In this document: positions 12,980-25,102 of the stretch, piece after piece | Numbering within the stretch: position 1 is the first letter of the stretch | How the letters are laid out: every line of letters starts with the position of its first letter | Source of the DNA: Saccostrea echinata | Taxonomy: Eukaryota | Reading direction: 5' to 3' | Length of the DNA: 64,000 bases | Assembly: GCF_033153115.1 (NCBI RefSeq) | Contig: NW_026889763.1 | Coordinates: 17,422,001 to 17,486,000, forward strand | Translations under genes and position numbers: made by a program | The notes under the pieces: model-generated | What the model was told of the DNA's origin: nothing | Database searches by the model: none | What the model saw: the letters and a program-made list of their open reading frames with translations, nothing else

Positions 12980-13380
12980 CTATAAGATTTTAAAAAAATT
13001 TCCTTTGTAAAATGTTAACCAGTTTGTAAACAAAAAAACCAATAACATAATAATTTTTATATAAAATAATTAGTTTTATTTCAAAAAGTTTTAAAAGATT
13101 AATAACGCATTAATTATGAATGAGAATGGAGAAGTGGTACCCTTTCCCTCTCATCATCTCTTCTTCCTCTTAGTATACCACCAATCCTTCTACATTTGTA
13201 TCTCCCTTACTCCCTCTCTCTCTTTCACCTTTTCGCCCAGCCTCTTCAACCTCCGAATTACCTGTCCCTCCACCAAGTATTTCATGAGCATGAATCAAGT
13301 AAACTGAACAGACAAATTATATAACATTCCAAATAATAGGATGTAAAGCCCTTTCCTTTCCGTTCTGATACAGGCATTAC

Positions 13381-13601
13381 CTTGTGTTTTCCCTGCGCTG
13401 CTACTGCGATATTAAACTGGTACGCTCCGTCAACTGGTGCCCGGAATCGACCAGTTTCTGAGTTATAGCAACCACCAATGTTTGTAATGACATTTTCAAA
13501 CTTGGCATCTTCGTCTGCTTGTAGCCCATTTATATTATCATTAAGACCGGTATAAAATGCCACCCTCTCCAAACGTTCTCTCGTTTCCAACATGACATTA
13601 C
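13381..13601 (-). CDS. Collagen + C1q-domain protein, coding exon 2
   Basis: VAFYTGL...KFENVITNIGGCYNSETGRFRAPVDGAYQF; tttcag|GT acceptor and AAG|gtaatg donor; phases consistent. Confidence 0.92.
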
Positions 13602-14477
13602 CTGAAATTGAAATAGCTGTAAGCAACATGTCAGAATTCTCCAGTTCTTTTAAAAGACAAAAATGATTACATTGAACTAAATAGAATAGATTAACGTAAC
13701 ATTGTCATATAAATGGAAGTGATATAGTGTATATCAAGTATATTAAGATCTCCGTGAAATAAGTTTTGTTTTCAATGTCTGTTTCCTTTTTTAATGTCTG
13801 TTAATCTGCCTCCAGAATGCAGTTTTAGACAGGTCAAAATTTACGTCATTCATTTAATGAATATTCATTATAAACTGACATTTCAAAGTGAATTTAACAA
13901 CATTAAAGGAAAGCAATTGTGAATAACGTTTCAAATTTTTTGTTTTTTTATTGTAAAACTTCGACGACAATGTACAAATTCTGACTTTTAAAGTGTAAAG
14001 CTCCTTTTGAAATTTTTTCAAATTTGTCAACTTTTGGCCACACCAGTGAGATTAATTAAGGAACACATTTTCGGAGAGATCTTGAGTCGATAAGGGGCTT
14101 GGGAATTTAGATGGACTGCGAATTAACATAGAATAATGTTAATGATAAACAATAAAATAAGTCTGAAAGGATGTACTAAGTGTCCATCATGACTCGACCG
14201 CTGTAGATGCTTCTTTGAAAGAATACATTTACCAAACACAATGAAGAAATAAGAACACGTTTTGTTAAGGAAAGGGAACCCTTAATTTGAGAATTAATTC
14301 TCCCAGCCATTTGGCAATATCGGAAAATCAAACGGAAAGTCAGAATTTATATCCTTGTATAAAAAAACCTACCGAGAATGTTAGTACAAATTTTGAAATA
14401 TCTGATCGGATATACCTCTAAATCAAAGTCATGAACAGTTTGCATTACATGAACTAATAAATTTATTATTATTTTAC

Positions 14478-14733
14478 CTGACTCACCGGGCACCCCTGGT
14501 TCACCCCTTTCTCCTTTCTCGCCCCTGTCCCCTTTTACTCCTGGGGAACCAGGGGGGCCACGGGGGCCTCTCAGTGGAAGTCGAAGTGGAAGAGACACGC
14601 CCCCATCACAAGTAACCTCCAACTGACATGAACCTTGATTTCTTAAACGTGATTTTTGTCCATTTCTAATTTTTGCTTCAGCAAAGATAGCATACACAAG
14701 TCCAAAAAGGAGTATTCGAAATTCCTCCCTCAT
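14478..14733 (-). CDS. Collagen + C1q-domain protein, coding exon 1 (signal peptide, Cys pair, 10 Gly-X-Y triplets); spliced protein 256 aa
   Basis: MREEFRILLFGLVYAIFAEA; GPRGPPGSPGVKGDRGEKGERGEPGVPGES; G|gtaaaa donor; three exons total 771 nt; probable 5'UTR exon ending near 15297 (CAG|gtaaga). Confidence 0.9.
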
Positions 14734-16521
14734 CACTGAAACCTAAAATAAAAAGGAAATGATGTGTTTAACGAAAATTATTACAAAAGATGTTGAAAGG
14801 ATTGATTAAAATTGTAGCAAATAACTTGTGTTCTTGTTGATGTACCGTTGACGGAACCATTGGAGAGTGATTGTACATAAGACTTATAAATCTTTACGTG
14901 ATGACGGCTGTGTTTTTTCTCTGATTTGGTCCTAATGGAGAAAACCAAATTGTCGCATCATAGAAGATAAAGTACACCATCGAGTTTATTTAATGTAACC
15001 CAAATTTATTTACCATTCCTTTCAATTACTTGTGAGAAATACTTGTTCTCAAGAAAGGCTTGATATGACAATTAACTCTCAGAAATAAATCCAAAGGATG
15101 GAGTGAAGATTAAAATGGATTGGAACGGATAATATAGATTTTGATATATACAGAAAAATAAAACTAAAAAGATAATCAATCAAAGTATCTAACTCTCAAT
15201 AGACTTTCAGGGGAATTTATTTAAAATAAATAAATAAATAAATAAAAATAAATTGCGCTTACAAATTTTTTTAAAAGGGTATATAAATATTCTTACCTGT
15301 TCCCAAACTCCCAGGGCTTTTTGCAAACTTTGCTGCTCTGATAAAAGTCAATTAGACAAACTCAAAATGATTATTTATTGCCTCAAACACTTACAGAAAA
15401 ATCTATGTAACATCGTTAACTCACTAACTATCGACAAAATTTTCTGACGTTTATTCAGAAATTGCAGAGAACCACTTTATCGTGGGATCGATCCGCATCA
15501 TTCCATTTCAGAGCTTGAAAGCAGATCAAAGTTAGCTAAATAGCCATATTAAGTTTAACAAGTTGACACTATAAATCAGTTCCCTCAGAAATGTGGTAAA
15601 ATCGGAGAAAATACCCTGGTCATTAAAGGATTCGAGACTTTATGTTCTTCGATTAAATGATTTCATACAAACTTGCCTATAAACGTCTAAATTGGCTATG
15701 AATACTAAACCTTTTGATAAAACAGCAAACTAAAGGCAAAAAAAAAATATTCCAGCAGTTCACTTATTGTAATATAAATTGATGTTTATTGAATAATAAT
15801 TATTCGTATGATCAAGATATTCTCGCTCACATATAGTGTATAGAGAACTTGTTTTTCTACACAGCATTATATAATCACAAATACAAAAGTCGGTTGTGTT
15901 ATGTGTTATACATTAATACATCTAGTAACATTTGCGAAAAACTTGGAAAATTAAACTATGATCGACTGCACTCAATCACACAATATATCAATCATAAAAA
16001 TAGAAAAACTTTTGAAGAAGGACTTTGTGACATGGACTAAATTTTGAAGTGCACGTGAATGAGTATACTATATATTTGAATTTCCTGGAATAGTAAAACG
16101 AACAGTAAAAGGGTTCACTTACACACTCATTTGTAAGGAGAAATGAGACTTAGCTGAGTCAGGCAATCATTGTCTTTCACATTACCAATATTATTGCATT
16201 TGCATCATATTCTTGATAAATAAAACTTCTGCATCTAATTAAACAAAAAAGTCTGTCCTTATCAGATTCTCAGGTTTCTATTTAGATATACATGTATGTA
16301 ATATTGCTATCGTCATGCATTGCATGATCGACTTTTCTTTAAAGAACATATATCACCAATTTTCTTTGAAATAAAAAAATAAGAATTTAACAATTCATCA
16401 CATCTTTAGTTTGCTTAATGGGGTGGTGTTAAATCCATTAAATGAATCACATTATAATGTCAACAACAAAAAACTTCCATATTTCCCATATCTTTGCACA
16501 GTACCAGCACTCAATTATGGT

Positions 16522-19083
16522 CTATTCCTGTAACATGGCTCTAAGAGAGTTCCAAAATTCTGCTTTATTCCCCTCATCATTCGGATATTCAATATAAGCA
16601 TTCTTTTCCACCAATGACATAAAGCGTATGGATGATCTGATTTTGGAGTTCTCAGTTGGCAGCCCCCCGTACATTATGAGGAGCACTGACTGTTTATCAC
16701 GTGAATACCTGTTGTCTGTTAATGCCATTTCTAGTTCATACATACACCAATGCGAGGACAAAAAATTTTCTGTCACAACACACAGAATATATCTGCTGTT
16801 ACAGATTGACTTAGTTATATTTTCACCGATTGATTTCCCCGGAGTGAAATCCCTCTCATGAAGACATAAAACCAGTTGTGACGTAATTTCTAACTCTGAT
16901 ATCATTTCCTGTGTGACGAAGTCCCTTTCTTCGTCAGCATGAGAAACGAAAGCATCGTAATCGTATTTTTTATCCTCAGTTTTTCGTGACGCGGGAAGAC
17001 TCCATTTTGACATGTAGTAGATGTATCGAAGTTTCCAACGATAACGATAAAGAATTCCCCCAACTATGAATATCGTAAAGACGACATAGAAAGCAGAGAG
17101 AACGCCGATTAGCTCCTCGTAATTATCACAATTTTTCACAAGCGTCTTGACGATTAATTCTAGGTCGCTTAAATTCTTATGAGGGCAGGTGTATGAATCT
17201 CTGTCCACAAATCTTATTTTCGATTTCAATATCCACTTGAGTAGATCCAGAGAATCACAGGAACATCGGAGATCATTACCTTTCAAGCTGATGTTCACAG
17301 GATGATTTATCTGCATTGATTCCAGCGCCATTTTTGCCGTGTCGGAAAATGATGACAATTCATTGTTGGACAGATCTAAGACTTTTAGAGAGCCAAGTTG
17401 GCCTTCATTGAGAGAAAATTCTCTCAATAAGTTAGAACTTAGATTCAATATTTCCAGAGAAATGAGTCCATCAAAAGTCTGCGTGGGCAGGTGCCTTATC
17501 ATATTTTGGGAAAGATCCAATTGTTTTAGATTCGTTGAATTTCGAAAATAAGCTGAGTTGTTAGTATTTATACACTTCCCAAGTAAGTTTTTTCTTAGAG
17601 TAAGTGATTTCAAATTAGGGAATTTTTCAAAGAAGTAAGTGGACAATGTTGATATGAAATTATAAGAGAAATCAATCTTTTCAACTTTGTCTAGTCCAAA
17701 GATCGGTCCTGTAAGATTCTCAAAAAAATTCCTGTTTAAGGAGATCTCTTTCACCGAGTTATTTCTGTTGACTACAATTTTACCAATCGCCCAATGCAGA
17801 GAGGCCCTACTATAATCCACACTTTCTAACTGTGGAGGGAGAGACCATTCCCCTGACTGAGACTTCCAATAACTTATTCTGGGAATGGAGTAAGGACATA
17901 ATGGCTTGTTTTTGCATTCCTGAAAATCAGTCGGCGCTCCGGTAAAATGTGTGGCATGCTGTTTACTCAAATCAATTCTCTGCACGTTTTTCATGGCTTT
18001 CATTTGATAAACATACTTTCCAAATGTTAGTTTGTTATCGGAGAGATTTAAGAACTCGAGATTTGGTGGCAGATAGAGGGGAGTGTTGTACTCTGCCATC
18101 TCCAACCTATTGCTTGCTATGGCGAGATTTTTAATCGAGCTATTAGCTAAGTTTTTTACGATGTCTACAGTTAAATATGTTCCCATCCCGAAAGTGCAAT
18201 GTATTTTGTCTAATTTTAATGTCTTTAAATGACGCATGTTTATGAAATGTTCAGAGATGTTTGGGAGTGAATGGAAGGACAGTTTGTCGTTGTAGGATAG
18301 GTCCAGATAGTTTAAGTTTACCAAAGTAGAAAACGTTTTTTTGCTGACTGACCTTATGGAACATCCAGAGAGGTCTATGTATTCAAGGCTAGGAAAACTT
18401 TCGAAGAAGTCATCAGTCAGGTGCTCGATGAGACAGTATTTAGCATTTTCTCTCCCAGAGACAATTAATCTCGTGATACTTACATTTATTTTTTTCAATT
18501 TACCACCTTTACATATTTGGGGGTTTTCAAATTCAAATTCCTTGCAAACTTTGAAACTGAAGTTTCCTTCTTTAACACCATCAATTGCCAACGTTTTAAG
18601 AGATGGACTATGTCGAAAAAGTTCTGCGTTATAGTTTTTTGCTGTATCAAAATTGTTGTGTGAAAGATTTAATTCCTGAAGATTCCACAGATATTGAAAC
18701 ACGTTTCTTGGAAGGCTCTTCTTGTCAAAACTCAATCTGTTGTTGGATAAATCCAACGTCTCCAAGTAAGGAATTGACTTGAACGATTGATTCCCAAGCT
18801 CGCTTATGTTATTGTAAGATAAATTGAGATGTTTTAAAGTAATAGAATAGTATTCAGGTATCGAGACATTTTGTAATTGGTTTTGTGATAAATCAATGCT
18901 GTACAGCGTACCGTTGTTTATAAGGTTAGAAGGTAACTCTGTTAACCCTTTATTCGAACAGTCTACGTCAAAGAGTATCTTGTTTAACGATTTATAAGTG
19001 CAGTTATCTTTATTCTCGCAGGGGTTCTGAGGCAGCAACTCGACAATGGATAGGAGAATTATAAAATACAAAACCTCAATCAT
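16522..19083 (-). CDS. TLR: Toll-like receptor A (853 aa, single coding exon)
   Basis: Signal peptide, LRRNT (VDCSNKGL), many LxxLxLxxN repeats, LRRCT (GNDLRCSC), TM helix, TIR (YDAFVSH, LCLHERDFTPG, WCMYEL, FW); 5'UTR acceptor near 19204. Confidence 0.97.
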   Translation of the reverse strand: MIEVLYFIILLSIVELLPQNPCENKDNCTYKSLNKILFDVDCSNKGLTELPSNLINNGTLYSIDLSQNQLQNVSIPEYYSITLKHLNLSYNNISELGNQSFKSIPYLETLDLSNNRLSFDKKSLPRNVFQYLWNLQELNLSHNNFDTAKNYNAELFRHSPSLKTLAIDGVKEGNFSFKVCKEFEFENPQICKGGKLKKINVSITRLIVSGRENAKYCLIEHLTDDFFESFPSLEYIDLSGCSIRSVSKKTFSTLVNLNYLDLSYNDKLSFHSLPNISEHFINMRHLKTLKLDKIHCTFGMGTYLTVDIVKNLANSSIKNLAIASNRLEMAEYNTPLYLPPNLEFLNLSDNKLTFGKYVYQMKAMKNVQRIDLSKQHATHFTGAPTDFQECKNKPLCPYSIPRISYWKSQSGEWSLPPQLESVDYSRASLHWAIGKIVVNRNNSVKEISLNRNFFENLTGPIFGLDKVEKIDFSYNFISTLSTYFFEKFPNLKSLTLRKNLLGKCINTNNSAYFRNSTNLKQLDLSQNMIRHLPTQTFDGLISLEILNLSSNLLREFSLNEGQLGSLKVLDLSNNELSSFSDTAKMALESMQINHPVNISLKGNDLRCSCDSLDLLKWILKSKIRFVDRDSYTCPHKNLSDLELIVKTLVKNCDNYEELIGVLSAFYVVFTIFIVGGILYRYRWKLRYIYYMSKWSLPASRKTEDKKYDYDAFVSHADEERDFVTQEMISELEITSQLVLCLHERDFTPGKSIGENITKSICNSRYILCVVTENFLSSHWCMYELEMALTDNRYSRDKQSVLLIMYGGLPTENSKIRSSIRFMSLVEKNAYIEYPNDEGNKAEFWNSLRAMLQE

Positions 19084-19960
19084 TCTTTACTTTTGTTGGT
19101 TACCCAGTAACCTGAGATGAGGTATTGCTGAATTGGGCTTGTATCTAAATGTTATGACTCGGGCCTCTGATCCAAAGTAAAGTCCTAATTCAATTCAGTT
19201 GATCTGGAAAGAACAATAAGAGTATTTATACTTAGGAAATTTCTTGATAAATGTTTTCGTGAGGATAAAAGCTGTATATTTTTAAATGGTTATTGTATGT
19301 GACCACGATTTCAGTTTCAACATGGTAAAAACGCATGCGTTCCTATGATACACACACATATATATTAAACATTTATTTCAGAATCGTGAGGGGAAAATAT
19401 GATTTATTCTGCATGAACTATCTTGCTAGAAGTAAATAAATAGCTAACTACACTTAGATTTATTTACATCTTTAATGAAGATACAAAGCAGGCGACACAT
19501 GCGTTCTTTGGAACATTCTAGTGTAAAATTATGTGCGGCATAGTTATATGTAGTGTGTTCGAAAAGTTCTTTTGCAAAGTCACGTGGTTTGATGGTTATA
19601 CGGTATAAATAGTAAGGCCATGCGGTAGCACGGCACTCTAAGCTCGCTCGCTAGGATTTATAGAGACTAATTATGGCTGATAGTGATGCAATGAATTTGG
19701 GCAAAACAGTTGTATTATATATAAATGGTTATGTGTACTAGTATATAATTGAATAAAAGCACTAGCGAGCAGCGTTCCTATTAACAATGTGTGTTGACAT
19801 TTATTCATTTAGCATTTTATCGATTTATATTCGGACGAACAAAGTGAGGGAAAATATAACTCTTTTTATCTCTACGACGGAGGAAGGGATACTTTCATCA
19901 TAAACTAGGTTATATATTAATGTATCGACCGTCTTCGTGGTTATTCATCAAAAAGCATCG

Positions 19961-20318
19961 GTCCTCACAACGTCAAGGGTCCTGTGTCTCCTCGTGGTCG
20001 TGGGATTCCTGACAAACTTCATTTGACTTTTTGCGGGCTTGCTTCCCTCTTTGAGAAGCACCAATCAAGTTGGGCCTTTCATAATTGGACAGAAAACGTT
20101 AACAGAAAGTAAGCAGTTTGACACCTCAGTGCACGTGTTAAATGTTAGTTGTCATCAAGAGGCTTAATGTGATTGGTCGAGCGATAAGAAAAACAATCAG
20201 TATTTGTAATTTTCTCCGAGAGACGTCGCTCCAGTCAGCCCGTTAAAAATCGAATGAAGTTTGCCAGCTTTTCCACTACCACGAGTAGGCTCAGGACCCC
20301 TGACGTTGTGAGAATGAC
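19961..20318. mobile_element. MITE with ~40-bp terminal inverted repeats, upstream of TLR-A
   Basis: ctcacaacgtcaagggtcctgtgtctcctcgtggt / accacgagtaggctcaggacccctgacgttgtgag. Confidence 0.7.
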
Positions 20319-20789
20319 ATTGGTCAAGAATAATCTCTCTTGCCTCTATAAGAATAATTTCATTTTTAAATATGTGAGGTATCTTCCTGTATGTTATGTG
20401 TCATCTGTAAACTTTTCATATTCCCACTTTCATCTTTTGAACCGCTGGCTCAATATCAACTCAAAACCAAGAAACATCAATGGGTGGTCAAGTTTGTTCA
20501 AATGAAGAGCAACATCCTCTTTCGAGGGGAAAAATCGTTGACTCGATTGGTGTCCTTAGAAAGATTTAAAATAATAAAGTAATAATCATAAGTGGATCCA
20601 TCAAAAGGGAGTTCAATGGGTAGTTATCATAAAACTAAGAAGACGAAGAAAAGTAAGTCCTGAAAATATTTTACTCTTTATAATCAAAGAAAGCGGATGG
20701 GCAGTAAACGGAATATGGGTTTCTTTGGATTGATTAACAAGACTGCTACAGAAGAATCTATTCACTTGCATGTATACTATCTGTCGCAT

Positions 20790-21165
20790 TGAAACTGTCA
20801 CAATTATTGACAAACAAGTTGATGAAACAAGAATATATACATTCTCGTTTGAAGTCATCATTTCATAAGTTCTATGGTCGATACAATGACCTTTTCAGCA
20901 AAAAAATCTGTCATTAAGTCATAGGCTGACTATTGATTTTCATACTAATTGTTAGGCGATTATTTACACACGGATTTTTCTGTTATTTACAGATCATAAC
21001 AGGGCGCACACGGCGGATGTGACTGGTCGGCAGGGGATGCTCACTCCTCCATGGCACTTGATCCCACTTCTGATGTTTTTGGAGGTCCGTGTGTGCTTTG
21101 CTCCCGATTTGTATTGTTTGAATGGACTTTGAGCTTGAATACTGTTCGTTATCTCAATATTTCAT
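20790..21165 (+). mobile_element. Naiad-type element, 3' fragment (copy 3)
   Basis: ttgacaaacaagttgatgaaacaag ... conserved 3' tail. Confidence 0.85.
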
Positions 21166-22904
21166 TTATCCTCAGACCTCTTAATCTTTTTAAATACGTG
21201 GTACTCGTGTGCATTTTGGGATTATAAAGGGTAAGGTGTTGGTAAGGGCCAATCTGGGCGGTCTTAAACAGATATGCATCAATAAGGATATTGTGCTATT
21301 ACTAGTATGTTGATATGTTATGTATAATAATATCGTTTTTTTTAAATGCACGATACTGCCTGTTCTTTATAACGGTTTAAAGGAAGAATTCTGTTACATA
21401 TAAGTATGCGAGGCGAAATGGGATGGCCAAAGTTTATGATATTGAGGCATTATTTGTTTTTTAAAAAATATCTCCAATTGATTATTTTCGGGAAATAAAC
21501 TTGTTTTTAATAATTAAATTGCAGAAATCTCCAACATCGCTTGTCATGTGTGCTTGACTCTTGTGCCAGAGCGACCCGGTGTAGTTGAAAATGCGGAACA
21601 TATGAAATTGTTTCCTGTTTATTATTGTTGATTGGCTGTATTGTTTACGTTGAGATGGTATACGGAAGTATTAGGCAGTGACATAGTTTGATGACATTTT
21701 CAACTATAAGCAATTATTACGGATCATGATGAGGGAAATAAAAATAAGGGGCTTCATAAAACATCAAACGATTTTTTTTGTAGAGAACTTTGTACGAATT
21801 CATACAGATTTAGTAATAAAACATAAATTTTGAAATTGGAGTTTAAAAATAAAGCTATACATGTACATGTATATGTTTCAATCAATGGGTAAATCAGATT
21901 CAAAATACAAGGTTCAAGCCCACATGAAGTCAAAAACCGTATATATATCAAAGATAGGGCGAATCTTACAAGTAATCCAAAAGAAAGAAATTTAACGTCT
22001 TCAAAACCGTATAAGGTATGAAAATTGTTATCCAATGAAATTGAATATATGCAATGAAAAAAGTTGAAATGTTATATTACAACTGCAAAAAGAAGTGCCC
22101 TCTGATATAGACTTTTGCCGATAGATATACATTAGTATATTAGTATTAGTATATATTAGTAAAAAAAAAAAATCAGGATTGGAATTTCTTACCTGGAACA
22201 AAAGCACATAACTGAAAATATTCAAAGTTTATGGGATCGAACTCAGGTTGCCATGTAATAAACTAGCACGTTGTACTAAGACGAGCTAACTTCCGTTTGG
22301 TAAAGTTTCGATATTTTTATCAATCACCTATAATTATCTAGCCAAACCAGGAAACCTAGGTAATAAACACAAATAATAGCTCACCTGGGAGGTACCTCAT
22401 CTTGTTTTACAAAAGAAGCTCATCTTGGAGATACCTCGCAGCGTGTTTACAGTAAAAAATGGAACTAATCATGATAAATTTGATTTCAATGAAAAAAGTA
22501 AAGATAAGGAACAACTAACCTTGTAATTTCCGGGTACTCTTTTATACTCCGCCAACAAAAGAGCTATTGCAGTTACATAATTGAAGTCCTTATAAAAATT
22601 ACCAACATTGCATGGATAAGGAAGTGTGGGAACGTGATGCTTTTGTTTCATTGTGTAAATCATATATAATGGGCAGTAATTCATGTAATGCAACCATTAT
22701 TTGTTATAATCATTATTATTAATAGACTAAGATTACTACTAAATAGAAGGAAACACAGTGTGTATTTCAGAAATTTCACGTGACGATCTCGAGGATTCAA
22801 CTTGTATTGTCATATACATGTATCTTTAAATTCTATTGAGTTTGCGAAGTTTAAGTTTATTTGAGACTTTCCTACTTTTAGTTTAAGAACTGCAAATGGT
22901 AATA

Positions 22905-24107
22905 GTTTTAAATATTTTTTTTAATATTCCAAACGATCAAAATGAATGTGAATTACCATACCTATACTGGATTCCACAATTTCATAAAAATCCTTACAAA
23001 CAAAGATACATAGCAGGTTCATGTAAATGTTCTACCAAGCCTCAGCAGTGAAGGAGAAAGTTCAGGAGTACGGTACAACAGTATGTTCGAGAAGTAACTC
23101 CAAGAAACTTCTAAGTAAATTTGAAATCACAAAATTTTACGAAATCAGTTACATCAAAACGTTTTCAACACTTTATACAACCATTCCCCAGGATAAATTA
23201 AACTCCAGACTTTTTGATATCACAGGCAGCTGCTTTTTAAATAAAAATGGAACTCGTGAATATACTTACCTTGCCAATGGTCATTTGCAAAATCATTTTA
23301 TTAAAAACATTCGAATTCAGACCTATTTTAGGATTCATATGAAGCAGAATTCATTCAAAAACGTCTACATGAGAAGAAGAAAACACTTGCTGTGGCCTTA
23401 ACTCGACATTTAGATATAACGACCACGTATTATCAATTGACAATAGTTAATTCCATTCATATGTCGACGCAATATATTCCAGTGATCTTGAAATAAAAGA
23501 TACTACAGAGTCTGACACATCTGTTTCATATCTGGATATTTTACTAGAAAAAAACTTTATAATAGTAACCTAACAACAAAGCTTTATGGTAAATATGATG
23601 ACTTCAATTTTTCAATCGTCAACTCCCCTTACTTATGTAGCAATATATTAGTATCACCTGCTTATGGGGTTTTTGTCTCCCAGTTGATTGGATACGAAAG
23701 AGCGTGCTCTACGTATAAACAATTTCCAAATCGAGGCAAGCTATCAACAAACAAGTTGATGAAACAAAGATATCAATAGTCTCGTTTGAATTGACCATTT
23801 CGCAAGATTTATGGTCGATACAACGACCTTGTCAGCAAATACAACCTATCATTAAGTCATATGCTGACTGACGTTTTTCATACTAATTGTTAGGCGATTA
23901 TTTACACACTGAATTGTCGACGGATTTTTCCTTTTTTCCCAATCATGACAAGGAGCACACGGCGGGTATGACCGGTCGGCAGGGGATTCTTACTCCTCCA
24001 TGGCACCTGATCCAACCTCTGATGTTTTTGGAGATCCGGTTTGCTCTGCTAAATATTGGTATTATTTAAATGGAGCTTGAATACTGTTCGTTATCTCCAT
24101 ATTTCAT
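22905..24107 (+). mobile_element. Naiad-type element, copy 4, with internal deletions
   Basis: PYLYWIP, FSTLYTTIPQDKL, conserved 3' tail. Confidence 0.85.
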
Positions 24108-24149
24108 CTAAAAGCATCGTAGAACGTAAAAAATTGCCTAGATTAGAAG

Positions 24150-24400
24150 ATAGATTAATGAATTAATTTCTGTTGAGCTGGCAAAGTTTAAGATTTATTT
24201 GAAACTGTGCTATTTCTAGATTTCATTAATTGAATTTATCTTTATTTTGAGCCGACAAAGCTTAAGATTTATGTGAAACTTTCCTACTTCTAGATAATTA
24301 GTTAATAAATTAATGAATTCATTACTATTGAGCTGGCAAAGTTTAAAATATAATTGAAACTTCCCTACTTCTAGTAAGGTAATAAACTAATGAATTCATT
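24150..24400. repeat. Degenerate ~75-80-bp tandem repeat (about 3 copies, another at ~22830-22880)
   Basis: ttgagctggcaaagtttaagatttatttgaaact...ttctag recurs. Confidence 0.65.
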
Positions 24401-25102
24401 ATACTCCCCTGCTTGAAAAACAGCATCTCCCACCAATATCACTGAGTTCAATTTTATGAGACAATCATAGAGTGTTCATTGAGCACCTCCTATTTTACCT
24501 TTTAATCAAACAGATATTTGGGGTTTAGAAAAACATGAACACAGACATTTTTTCTATAATGTTTGGGGGTAACTCCTCCTATACTCATCCTTTAACGACA
24601 CTTTCACAGATTCTTCATTACATAGTGCCATTGTGCATATTCTATTTTATATTCTGACTGGACAAATATTTGGGATTTTTCATCACAAAACACGGACACT
24701 GCTAATATTTCTATGATAATGGGTGTACCAATCTCTTATCTATCCACAACTCCTCCTATACCAGTGAATAAAGTTTAATGAAACTTTCCCAGAATTTTTA
24801 TTACATACATGTAGTGTCATTATGCAGATCCTACAAGTATTTTTGTTTTGATCGGACAGTTAATGGAATAATGGACTTTGTCATTATACTCATATGGGAT
24901 CCCAAGATATCATTTTGTCTACGTCTTACCCTGAGGACATAGAGGGGATTTTTAAGAACTGTAGAGTTGAAATAATAAAGTAAACCACATAATTTCCTGT
25001 CTGAAAACAGCATGAAAATTGAAACAAAGAGCATTCGCTGAGACTAAAATTTCCGTCTCAGTGATATCTACACAAAAGTCTTGAAACGAACAACATTACC
25101 AA

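Noticed and set aside
16628-18634. Plus-strand ORFs inside TLR-A, and similar antisense ORFs in Pao pol, C1q and PDK
   Set aside because: Short shadow ORFs opposite real coding sequence, with no motifs.
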